The notes below the pieces were generated by a model. That model made no database searches and was not told the DNA's origin. It saw nothing but the letters and a program-made list of their open reading frames with translations. From assembly GCA_003614675.1 (NCBI GenBank), contig ML002366.1, forward strand, positions 1 to 37,643: 37,643 nt of DNA, written 5' to 3'. A program made the translations under genes and the position numbers. This DNA is from Dimargaris cristalligena (Eukaryota). Positions within the stretch are counted from its first letter, which is position 1. Each line of letters opens with the position of its first letter. Of this stretch, positions 1-11,295 are shown piece after piece.

Positions 1-52
1 ATAATAATAGAAAAAACAATATAGTAATGAAAATGGAGGAAAAATGACCATA

Positions 53-293
53 CTTATCAGGGGCAGGGGCAGGGGCTCATTCATTTGTCAGGGGTGTACT
101 TCTGATAAGTGCGAAAAATAGATAAAAAATAAAAGTAGGTAAAAAATGTGGTAAATTCACCACACCAGTTGCCCTAGTTGTCCCTATCTGAAGATCAGAT
201 AAGAATTGTCCCTGCTGAGTGTGCGTTTCCCTTAGTTAGTTAGTTTTTCCCACTAGGCCGTGACTGCTCTAGTTGGCCCTGATAAGGTTATCA
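53..293. promoter_or_regulatory. Cluster of seven GATA boxes (WGATAR), including ATCAGATAA
   Basis: CCCTGATAAG at 53-62 (minus) and 277-286 (plus); TGATAAG 103-109; AGATAA 120-125; AGATAG 184-189 (minus); ATCAGATAAG 194-203; palindrome TGATAAggTTATCA 280-293. Confidence 0.55.
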
Positions 294-435
294 AGCTATA
301 TTACCTTGTGGTATTAATTGTGACCACAACACTAGCCATTGGTATTATACTATTAGTAATGATTGTATCTAATACCCACGGAAATTCTATATTGTATGTG
401 TATAACTCTTTGTCCTTAAGTAGACTCTTTCCTTC

Positions 436-990
436 ATGTCGATTTCTCACATAATCATCTCTGGTGCAGTCGCCCAAGGCCAACTACCCGGCTACTCGCC
501 CAGCCCCAGTAACTCTGACATTACACCTACCCAACCCCCTCATGTCATTTACAGAGTTGACTGTCGCATGTTTGACCCCTCGACACCCATAATAACACCT
601 TCACACCTTGACCTCCCCGACAGTATCCCAAGTGAACCAATTACTCCGGCCGTTGCTCAATCAGGTGACTTGAAGACAATCAAATCTAATCTGTCGAATG
701 ACAATGAATGCCCTCAGGTTTTGGTCGAGCCCAAGGCTACATACTCCACCCAACCCCACCCAGACAACCTGACTACACCCCTTCAGCCGAGCTGTGATTT
801 GCACCCGTGTCATTCGGTACCATCACCTCAGACACCTACTGTTCCACTGCATACCCGAGTCCCTGCCGAGTCCTCCGGGGTGGAACGTAGGCAACCACCC
901 ATCCATTTGGCGACACCATCCAACGGTATCTGTAGATCCTCACTGGCTGCAAATTTGGCCAACACTCCCCAGGCTATCACTAATCTTTGA
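436..990 (+). CDS. Hypothetical Pro/Ser/Thr-rich protein (184 aa), probably disordered
   Basis: ATG-started 555-nt ORF that is more GC-rich than its AT-rich flanks. No recognisable domain. Confidence 0.3.
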   Translation: MSISHIIISGAVAQGQLPGYSPSPSNSDITPTQPPHVIYRVDCRMFDPSTPIITPSHLDLPDSIPSEPITPAVAQSGDLKTIKSNLSNDNECPQVLVEPKATYSTQPHPDNLTTPLQPSCDLHPCHSVPSPQTPTVPLHTRVPAESSGVERRQPPIHLATPSNGICRSSLAANLANTPQAITNL

Positions 991-2080
991 TGCAGGGAAC
1001 CTGTTAATGTCTACCCACCACAGTATGTGATGGCCACTAGAACCCCCCAACAGGCCCATTCCTCCTGGAACAAATTTCTTCAGATTAACATTTGCACCCG
1101 ATTTTAATTATATTTACATACCAACTGTATATTTTTTTCATATTCCAATTAACAGTTTACTTTTCATGTGCATGCTCACCATTATGTTATACTATAATGC
1201 CTATAGTTACTTTGTATTATGCCACAGCATATTATCTGCATTTTTAGTATCCCTTTAGATTCTAGTTCCATTGATTGATGAGCAACCCCTATCCTGCTGA
1301 ATGTATTTGTATATTGGCCTGTGGTAATATAGAGATCGGTATCTTTTATATTCTACATAGCTTATATAACTGGTATTCACCTGCCAATTCCACCCCAGTT
1401 TTTATAAAACATCTGGGAGTGGTTCAACTGAGCTGTTTAACCAAAATTCTGTTAGATGAAGCAAATACTACTGGTGAAAAATAAATCTCCCATACACTTA
1501 CCATGTAAAACCTTAGACAGCTGGGCCGAATTTCACCCATCTCATGATAGCTTCTATACAAATCCAGGTGCTAAACCCCCTCATATAACCTCCTAACCCA
1601 ACAATACCCATATTCTGATTATGTAGTGTTTACAAAAAATATGACTCTGGATTAGTAATGGCAAAAGTACATGTAGGAAAGGAGCTCATCTTAATTTCAG
1701 CGATGGCGCCCACTGGATAAAGAGAAGAACGTATGTTTGTAAAAAAATGGGTATGCAGCAAGAATATAATGATTTAGGGTGAGCCATAAATAATTAAATT
1801 AAAAGATAAAGATGCTAAAAAGGCTTAAAAGGCTTAAAATGCAGTGATTAAAATAGGGACGTGATAGTGGGCAATATCTCACCTAGACTGATCCAACGAT
1901 CGCAATATTCTACAGTCTATTCGGTAGAACCTCAGCTTAATCATAATACGAGCTGGGTCCCAAATATGGAGAAAAATATTTAAATAGGATAACAAAAGTA
2001 AATACTAATTTCCAAGGTAATATTAATCGATGAATGGGCGATGACCACACACCTGTATGGTGCATTATTTATTTTTCATT

Positions 2081-2650
2081 TTAGCATTGACCATCCTTGG
2101 CTGGGCGAACAGGGGTTGGGACTTCAAACGGCGGCAAATCTTCGCAAATGGGCAGCTCATCATAGAGTGTGTCGTCCTCCTCGCAGTAAAGATCTGTCAC
2201 CTCGTTTTCGGGTCGCTTATCACCCTGTTCGAGCTGGCCGGGATCGACGAGAGAAACAGAAGTGCATTGGAACTGGCAGTTGGTGTTGCAGTGCAGGTTG
2301 GATGTACCGCAGAAGCCCCATTGCGAGCAACAACTGCCGGTGGGGCAAATCGTGTTGCGATCGCAGCGGCCGTCCTTGGAAAGCTTCGCCCCGACGGGTA
2401 AGAGACTGGTGGAGTTGCGGTCATTGGGACAGTTGTAGAGACACAGGGAGCCGCAGAATTCGTCGGTAGTGCCCGAGTAGCCATGCCAGGAACAACACGT
2501 GCCTTTGGGTAGAATCGTGTACTCGTCACAGCGGCCCGCCGGTAGGTTATCATTGTTAAGACTGATAGAAGAGCTCGCTGCCAGAGTAGGTGATGCTGCA
2601 GCTATAAGGCAAAGAGCCATGGCAAACTGTGAAATAGTAAATACCATCAT
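2081..2650 (-). CDS. Secreted chitin-binding protein with two hevein/CBM18 (chitin-binding type 1) domains
   Basis: Start moved to ATG 2650 (MMVFTISQFAMALCLIAAASPTLA, signal-like). Domain 1 GRCDEYTILPKGTCCSWHGYSGTTDEFCGSLCLYNC (2429-2536); domain 2 DGRCDRNTICPTGSCCSQWGFCGTSNLHCNTNCQFQC (2264-2374) with the CCSxWGxCG signature; acidic C-terminal tail. Confidence 0.88.
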   Translation of the reverse strand: MMVFTISQFAMALCLIAAASPTLAASSSISLNNDNLPAGRCDEYTILPKGTCCSWHGYSGTTDEFCGSLCLYNCPNDRNSTSLLPVGAKLSKDGRCDRNTICPTGSCCSQWGFCGTSNLHCNTNCQFQCTSVSLVDPGQLEQGDKRPENEVTDLYCEEDDTLYDELPICEDLPPFEVPTPVRPAKDGQC

Positions 2651-5600
2651 AATTGGAAGGTATTTCTTCAAAAGGCAGGAGCTGAAAATATAGATATAAT
2701 ATAGAAACTGAAGTAGAATCCCTAATTGCAAAGGGTAAAAATGAGAGGCTCAGTCGGTGTAGGGGACGTTGGGAAGGATTCGGGTAGTATAGCTATTCTG
2801 GCTCGATAATGGAAGTGGTGGTAATCAGGATATTGTAGTAGTTATATGAGAATATGTCATCATAAGTTAGAAATAATGAATCGAATCTATAGTAAAATGA
2901 GCCAGGCTCGTCTAAGATGGGGGTGGGCGAGGGCGATTTAGTATGCAAAGCTGGAGAGCCTAGAACCAGTAAGAGTAGGAGAAATGGATATATTCTAATT
3001 AGAGAAATAGGTAAACATGAAGACTAGTCGTCGCCAGAAAATGTCAACAAAGACAGTTATATTGGTCCAGTGAGACCAATTTAAAAATGAACAATTAATT
3101 GGGGCCTGGCTATAGTAATTGGGGGAAGGGGGTTTTCTAGGGGATGTGGCCCTACTACCCTACTCATATAGCCATAATCGCCCGTCCACACCTCTCATGT
3201 CCCCCTAACTTGCCCCTTTAGCCACTCCCCTTCAGCTGGGATGTAAAGCCCAAGTTGGCAAGGGGTGCTAATGGAGTGAATATTAGGATAACACGCTGTG
3301 GACCTTTGGACAAGACTGAAAACATAAGCGGAATCACGCTGGAACACCAAAATTTGTCAATAACAAGCCCCCGCGTCTCCCTCGACCATTCACTAGTGAG
3401 ACGCCATGGAATATTCGACTACGAAATTTAAAGGGACTAATCGCTTTGAGAAGCGGTTATCCAACCAGTATTTAGGACGAACAAGTAAACATATACTTAC
3501 TTTAATGAGCGAGCAAAGGAAAGTGGTTGGAAGCGGGGTCTAGTACGCGTCGGTGTGGAGGGGTGGTGTATTAATTTAATACTTGATTATACTTCGCAGG
3601 TCATGAAGAAGGAAGCTACCACACTGGATTAGAGGACGTGTAACTCAAAAAGTCCAGAAAATGTAAGGGTGAAATAATAAGCAGGTACGCCAAAAAAATA
3701 TGTGGATATGGATATCTTAAAAAGTTGATATTAACTATACGGAGTGCTCAAAATACTGAGATAGTTGGCATAACAATTAGAACTGTTTAATTATACCGGT
3801 ACGCTGAGCGGGCTATTTATATACGGTGGGCAATGCTATCCTAGAATCAGAAAAAAAAGATATGCGAGGCTAGTAAAAAGAGTCTTAGAAGAAAATAGCC
3901 GTGATGGGAAGAGGGCGAAGGAAGTGAAGGATTTATCTATGTTCCCCATTAAATTGTGAAAATAACAGAGGCGCGATAGGTTGTATATAGCCAACCCTGG
4001 GTGGCCAATTGCCCCTCTCCTAATCTATCCACGGGCCCTCTAAAAAGGTCACGGCCGTTGTTGCTATTCACGCCTAAGATTGGCAAGTAACAGCAACCCT
4101 TCCAATAAATATAGCAGCAATGTAGTAGCTCAAATCGGAATCTGATCCCCTCCCCCACTTGGCCATATCGGTAGGAAGCTGCCATTGGGAAAGAAGGGAA
4201 CGATGCGCCAATGGCGTTCTTCTCCTCAAATGAGAACATATTGTAAAGGCACTCGTCCCCCAAGTGGTCCATAAACCGTCGACTTGGCCAACCAATAGGC
4301 ATCGGATAAAAGAGGCTGATGAAGGAGGCCTTAAGCCACGGTAATTTGTCCGTACCTGGGTATGTTAGAATGGCGGGCAAACCAGCTATTGAAAAGGGTG
4401 AAATCGTTAGAGAGGGTATGCTAAGTTTTAGTTACAGTTAATTATTGTGGGTGATGGTAAACATAGGAAGGGGTGGCTGATGGAGAGGTACGGCTGAAAT
4501 ATGGCGATTTCTTTACAGTAGTTAGAGGAACATCGGCCATCTACTTCATATTCTCCAACTCTCTCCTATTGGTACCATGTACTACCCAATTTGATTAATG
4601 GATTTCTATGCAACTCCCCTTTGTACTATCTAATCGACTTTTGAATAGGCAGCCACACGACCGAACCGGCAATAACGCATAATAATTCAATTAAACCATA
4701 AAGGGCGAGCCCTTTTACTTTTTGCTACGGCAAACCTGAGATGATTGTGTTGATTTTTAACACCCGTTGGACAGTTACAAATCGACAATACAACTCAGAT
4801 TTCTAGAAACGTATTTTATATTTTGCCATTTTATGCCTAAAAGACGGTCCATATACTACTACCACTACTACTACTAATTCTACTACATTGATGAATGTGC
4901 CTGAACGGTTGCCAGCCCAAATATCCCCCATTCCTCCTCTACTAAATTAATATTACCATTCTTCGCTTGAGGTTTTATGCCCAGCCACCCATAAAAGGGG
5001 GAGGGGCTGTCGGTTGTAATTACACCAAGCGCTATTATGTAACCACCAGTGGCTAAATTGCTTTTGATCGTATTTCGGATTGACAGTGGATCGCCGGGGT
5101 GAAATCCTGCCCTGATGATCGAGCAATTCGATTTTTTCGACCAATGACCTAATCGGGTGTGATATCTCGCTAAGCTGAGCACTACTAGTCCCACCAGGTA
5201 TGCTGGTTCAACAGATAGAGTCTACCCGGACGGGGAGCCAGTATCATATCACCACAGAAACCAAAGTATCGTGTATTGACTGTTGGGGAGATAGATGGTT
5301 TGGGCAATGTAGGGCCTGGTTGTCGCCAACCGATTACGATTGCGGTAAATCGATTAACAATTACCCAATTTAGAGATTTGGGACTGTACTAGGAACTTTA
5401 ATTCACTTACCAATATAACTCCTCATTAACGACTAGTCGCTATAAATTATACAAACCAATTCCCAACCCCAACAACCAAGTCACTTCGTCGATCACAATA
5501 TATAATAAATATATTTAGAAATTGTCCTGTTGAATATTTATTGGGTATTGCTCTAAGATTTACGCTTGTCAAAAAAACGACGGGAAGGGGCTGTGTGAGC

Positions 5601-5713
5601 GGGGGCGGGGCGGAGGTGGGCTGTATTAATAAAGTTGATCAAAGGGACCTAAGTCTTCCCTTCTATCACTAAAACACCATCGCCACCGCCTAAACTCTAA
5701 TAACGGCGCCCGT

Positions 5714-6557
5714 CTAATTTTTCCGCCCCCCCGGAGTACCGCCAGCGGACCCAGCACCAGCGGGACTATTATTAATATTATTATTATTACCAGCAGCAGC
5801 TGACACATTGCCCCCGGAAGGTTGCGTGACATTAGCCCCGGAGGTGGCCATCATAAACGCTTGGGAATTAGCCTGCTGTTGACCAGCGGACATGGATCGG
5901 GCAAGGGCGTTCCAGTCCACCATACTTTGTTGCTGGAGTTGGTGCTGTTGAAATTGCTGTTGCTGCTGCTGTTGTTGTTGATGCTGTTGCTGTTGCTGCT
6001 GCTGATGTTGTTGCTGGAGTAGGTACTGATGGGTCAAATTGGCCATCATCCCGGCGTTCGGCTGTTGACCGTGGGGGGGCCGCAGACCTCCCCCCACCAC
6101 TAGTGAGTTATTATTGTTATTGTTGGCATTGCCATTGTTCCCCGCCGGATTCACCATTCCAGCTCCCCCCACGGCCATGAATTGCTGGCTGAGGCGATTG
6201 GCCAGGGCTGGATTCAGATTCATGGCCATATGGGGAGGCATACCCATCGCATTCGGATTACCGCCCATCGTAGGCTGCTGTGGTGGCCGACCGCCGGCCC
6301 CTCCAACTCCACCAGCACCACCACCCATGGCGTTCAGACTAGCTAGGAGCATCGGATTCATCGAAGAGACCATAGATGTCGGGATGTTTGATGATAACTG
6401 TTGACTGGTTTGTAGTTGTTGTTGTTGCTGCTGTTGCTGTTGCTGCTGAAGCACCTGGTTCCGGTACTGGGCGGTTAATTGCGATAACATCTGTGGTGGT
6501 ATAGGTCGACCATTAGCAGCCGCCCCCATTTGCAAAGCCCGGAGATGCTGCTGCTGC

Positions 6558-6589
<32 letters not shown>

Positions 6590-9500
6590 GTGGTGCTGGT
6601 GCTGCTGTTGAATGTGGAGTTGCTGCTGTTGGAGTTGGTGTTGAAGCTGGGCGTGTAACCTCGGGTTCTGCATGGCGATCGACTGGAGCATCGCAGGGGT
6701 AATATTGGGGACTCCGGGCATACCAGTGGGGGCGGGGGAGTTCGCGGGCATCATGGTGGGCGGCTTAGAGGCCATGGTGCCACCGGCCAGCTGCTCAAGG
6801 TAGGCGGCCTGGACCGCCGGAGGTAAACTGGCCAGCTGCCGTTGGATATCCGTTATATTGGCCGCGCCGGGAGCCATACCTAGTCCGGGATTAGCGCCGG
6901 CCCCTATGGGGTTGGGGTTCACATTATTACCGCCGGCTGACACGGCAGCCAGTTGGTTGGCCCAGGCCTGTAGCATAGGGTTAGAGTTCCCTGAAGTAGC
7001 CGGAGAATCGGCGGAGGTTGTTTTGATAGTGCTCGCCAGTGAAGGTCCGGAAATCGCGGTGTTCTGAGCTAGCGGGGAACCCATCATGTTGAACCCCGGG
7101 CCACTAAAGTTCTGGGGCATCAAGCTGGGGGACATCATCGTACCGGCGGATGACACAAGGTTCGTCATATTGTGGGCTACACCAGGGCGGTTAAGGGTCG
7201 GTGATGGCTGAATCAATGTGTTACCGGTTCCACTAGTGGCACGCTTACCCGCCCCGGACTTGGGAGTCAAGCTGCCGCCACCGGCGCCCCGCACAGAGGG
7301 ACTGCCTTGCTGGTTGGGCGGGGGAAACGTCCCGGCCATATTGGGATTGGGGGTGCTGGCTGCGCTCGACGGTCCGGGCGTAGGGCGGTTCGACCCAGTG
7401 GGCTTGACCTCCGCCGATTGTCCGGGCGTGGACGCTCCGGCATTGCTCGACATATCAGCTGGATTAGCCATCGGGGTCAGCTTACCACCGGCCGAACCTG
7501 ACCCACTGGCACCGGCCGCGGTCGCCGTTGATGATGATGATGATGCTGCTGCCGCCGCCGCATTGGCCTGCTGTCGTAAGACGTTAGTATACGTCATTTG
7601 GCGGAGAATACGAAGCCCGATCGGATACATCTGCTCCCGAGTCTTGTCCTTAGTATCAACGCCCCTGCTATTGAGATACGCTGTGGCCAGGTCGACCGGA
7701 TTAACCCCTTTGGCAATTTGGGCTTGGACCATGGCCTCCAGCTGGGGCGGGATGGCTGGACCACCGGCTGGAGGGGCCGCTGGGTTAGCTGGTGCTGGGG
7801 TAATGGCAGATGTCTGGAGTTGAGAGGAGGTTGGGGGTGCCGAACTGGGCACATCAGAGGAGGCTGAATTGGCGGTAATGGCCGTACTTATAATCGCAGC
7901 CGAATTCGTGGGCTGTGGCGAAGCGACAGCGGGGGGCTGGCTCATTAACCTATTACCCAACGGGGGCGAAAGTAAAGGCTGTTGAGGTTGGGCTAGCTGC
8001 TGTTGCTGGAGTTGTTGCTGTTGCTGTTGTTGCTGTTGCTGTTGGAGTTGCTGCTGCTGCTGTTGTTGTTGTTGCTGCTGCAGCTGCTGTCGCTGTCGCA
8101 AAGTGTTTTGTAAGGAGGCCTGTAGTGTCGAATTTTGGGACATTTGGTTAGGGTTGGTCGGTTGGCCAATAGGCAGTAGCGGAACCTGGGCTCTATCTAT
8201 ACCCGACGACGCAACGACATTCTGGCCACTGACCTGGTTGATGCCACTCACGTTTGGCTGTCCAGCCATGGGATTGGGCCCTTCGCCCGGATTGCCCCCT
8301 CCACCGGCCCCGGGATTTTGCTGCCGCATAGAAGCGACCCGCTGTTGGAAAATCCGCTGCAATAGGGCAAATTGCTGGGGTATAGCCCACGTTCGCACGG
8401 CCGGATAGGAAGTGATCAGGGAATTATACATTGGGTTATTGACCATAAGGGATTGCATTTGCATGAGTTGAGCGGCATTAACGGGGTTTACATTGGCCAC
8501 GGAGTTGGCGGCGGCGGCCGCCGCAAGGAAAGCGGGGTTGGGAGGGGTGCCCCCGGGTCCTGTCACGGCAGCTGCAGCTGCGGCGGCGGCCATTGCTGGA
8601 TTGTTGGGATCCATACCAAACGTAGCCACATCGGCCGATAGGTGGGGGGAGGTCAGGGAATTGGGATTGGTATTGGGATTAGAGTGAGGGTTGACTCCAA
8701 TATTAGCCCCTAAGCCCCCGGCCGATGACAATTTGCGCGACAGTGCGCCCACCACGGCGGGGGAGGCCATGGGCGACGGCCGAATGGGCAGCGACGGCGA
8801 CATGAGTTGAGGGCTCGACATGGGGTTGCTTATCATGCTCGGGGAGCGGTGCATGGCCGGGGCCAGGGAGACATTACCGCCCATTGGATTATTGCCACCG
8901 GCCATCATGACCGGAACAGCGGCATTGGGACCCGGAGTCGCTCCTGAGAAAGGCGTGAGCGCCCGACTAGAACCCAGTGATGGGGATTTATATCCGGAGG
9001 CCGTTGGGGTCGGTGGTACCTGGACCGAAGAGTCAGTGTAGGCCATTTGGCCCTCGGCATCACCACCCGCTCCAATCGTTGCTTTCGGTTTACTCGTTCT
9101 CTTACTCGTCTTGGGCCGAGACCTCGATTTGGAAACGGATTTAGCCACCAGGGGAGTTGCCGGTAGAACCAGGCCTCCGCCCGGGGGCATATCGGATATG
9201 GGGGTAGCCGTCGCTGAGGAAGGGACAGTCAGGGGCACTTGGTCCGCCGCGGTCAAGTCCAGTGGGGCGGGAAGCGTCGGTTCCATCGACCCTCGAGCAT
9301 TTGCGCCCTTCTTGCTTCGCTTGACCTTACGGGGTGATGCCGAGGCCCCGGAAGGCCTCAGAGAGCCATCCCCGGTTGGGGTATTATCCGCCCCGAGGGG
9401 GGCTCCGTCGGGGCCCAATCGAAGTGCCTTGTTGGTAAGGTTGGGTGTAGATGAAGCGGACCGCATACCAACCACCCTCGAGGGGGTAGCCGGGACGGAT

Positions 9501-11086
9501 CCCAAGCCTTCTCCACCACTTAGGGCAGCCGTTGATGCTGCGGTATTAGCAGCCGAGGCAGCGTTAGCAGCAGCAGCCGCGGCCGCGGCCTGGGCGGCCA
9601 ACTCCGCACTATCCGATACGAGCTTGTTCTGCATCCCATAGAAGAATTTAAAGTTCTCCAAATAGGTATTCAGCACCTCGGTGTTTGCCAATTCGAACTC
9701 CTGGGTTGTACCGTTGATACTCGTGTCAGGCACTGAACCGGAACGAAGGATACATTTAAAGCCCCCGGGGGTCGCCGCTGACGGATAAATATGAAGCGAA
9801 GTGTACATTTTGTTATTATCGGTGGTTTGTTCGAACCGCAGTATGCGTACCGTGGGAAGGGCCGCCGAACTACTACTGAGGAGCGGTGGAGGGGTCGTTC
9901 GATTGTTCGAACCCGGAGCGGTGGAACCAACGACCGTTGTCGGTTCGGGAGATCCCGTCCGGGACTTTTTACGGTCGGTGACCTTCTTGGGTGGTGGGGG
10001 GGTCACCAGGCCAGTTTCGGGCGTGGCCGACGGGCGGGTCCGGATCAGCATTTGCTGCTTACGCCATTCCTGAATGAATAAGAGCCGGTTGAAACTGGGT
10101 TGAAAGTCGCGCTGGTGGCGCTCATCCATCATCAGCAGCAGTTGGGTACGTTCCTGGAGGGCCGCGGCTTCCGCCTCGATTTCGGTCGAGTTGAATTTAC
10201 GCCGCTTATGGGCACTACCGGCCCCTTCCGGGTGAGCCATGTAGGCAATGGCATTACTTACGCGGGCTACTTGGAACGAAGGATTTAGGCATAGCGGTTC
10301 TTCCGTTTCCAGGAGTATTTTGGACTCCAGTTCCAGGGTCTCCTCCATCGTCAGCGGCTGGTCCCGCTCCCTCGATAGAAGACCAATGTTAGTCCACAAC
10401 GAAGCCGCGCTCGGGCGTAGGGCCTTGCGAAAGATACAGGGTTGGAGTACGGTGGGAAGACGCGAAACAAATGAAGTGGCGGAGGTGGGGGTAACCGCCC
10501 GGGAAGCCGTAGAGGTGGAGGAATGATTGGTATCGGCCCCGGTCATACCAGTTGGGGCAACTTCACCTTCACTCAGAATAAGCGTCGGGGCCACCGACGG
10601 TTCATCGAACGGTAATGGCGGTTTACGGCCCCGGCGGTCAGTCAGACGGTGGTCGTGAACCTCCACAATCAAGTGCCCTTCAAAGAACGGTAACTGGGCT
10701 TCGTGAAACACGTCCTGAAGGTCGACGGGCATCGTTCCGTCACGAATAAAATCAAAGAAGAACCGCATGGGTGAGCTGAGCAGGTACATACCGTCCTGGT
10801 GCTCGAACCGAAAGTGGTTCGCGTAGACGTGCATGATAAGCGAAGGGGGCGACGCGCGGTATTTCTCCAGTAGCCGGAGGGCGGGCGACGACGAAGGGGG
10901 AGTGGCGGTAGCGGTGTGCGGGTGAGTAGTCGATAGGGTGCCGTCATGGGTGGAGGGGATCGGCAGCGGAGGATCCCGACTAAACGGGTTTATGGTCTCG
11001 TGACCGTGACCCACGGGACCATTATTGCCGCCGGTATGGCCGCCATTAGTAGAGGGAGGAGCGGTCATTAAGACGTTAGGGCTCAT
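5714..11086 (-). CDS. SPT20: SAGA complex subunit Spt20-family protein (1790 aa)
   Basis: N-terminal LLEKYRASPPSLIMHVYANHFRFEHQDG...MRFFFDFIRDGTMPVDLQDVF...LPFFEGHLIVEVHDHR...LRPSAASLWTNI...LELESKILLETEEPLCLNPS matches my recollection of the fungal Spt20 domain (about 10240-10873), followed by a long Q/N/G/M-rich low-complexity tail. Single uninterrupted ORF. Confidence 0.9.
5926..6017 (-). repeat. CAG/CAA polyglutamine tract in Spt20
   Basis: (ctg/ttg)n on the plus strand encoding QQQHQQQQQQQHQQQQQQQQQFQQHQLQQQ. Confidence 0.9.
6416..6640 (-). repeat. Two CAG/CAA polyglutamine tracts in Spt20
   Basis: (ctg/ttg)n runs at about 6416-6447 and 6546-6640. Confidence 0.9.
7996..8088 (-). repeat. 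CAG/CAA polyglutamine tract in Spt20
   Basis: Encodes QQQLQQQQQQQQQQQLQQQQQQQQQQQLQQQQ. Confidence 0.9.
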
Positions 11087-11276
11087 GGTCGTGGGGCGAC
11101 GAGGGTATATGCGTGTATGTTTATATACGACCCTCTCGCCAATGAAGGAGCCGATTTAAACAGGAAGGGGGAGGATTCCTCAGTAAAATAATCGAGGGAA
11201 ATTTAAAAAACGACAGCCAAAACAGGTTGAGGGAAAATGCCCAAATAACAATGAAGTCGTATCCACATACACATAA

Positions 11277-11295
11277 ACACACACACACACACACA
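11277..11295. repeat. (AC)n microsatellite upstream of SPT20
   Basis: acacacacacacacacaca. Confidence 0.85.

Noticed and set aside
50-110. ATACTTATCAGGGGCAGGGG resembling the 5' end of U1 snRNA
   Set aside because: The invariant ACTTACCTG is not matched, and no U1 loop sequences or Sm site follow.
2041-2693. Plus-strand and alternate-frame ORFs over the hevein gene; TTG start at 2731
   Set aside because: Shadows of the real minus-strand gene. The eukaryotic ATG at 2650 gives a proper signal peptide.
3949-5194. Minus-strand ORFs of 143, 73, 103 and 63 aa
   Set aside because: Non-ATG starts, no recognisable motifs or codon bias. A CTAAC...TAG acceptor near 4386 could not be joined into a coherent gene.
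5822-10947. Many antisense and alternate-frame ORFs inside SPT20 (including poly-Leu and poly-Ala/Val)
   Set aside because: Products of GC-rich codon bias and CAG repeats read in other frames.
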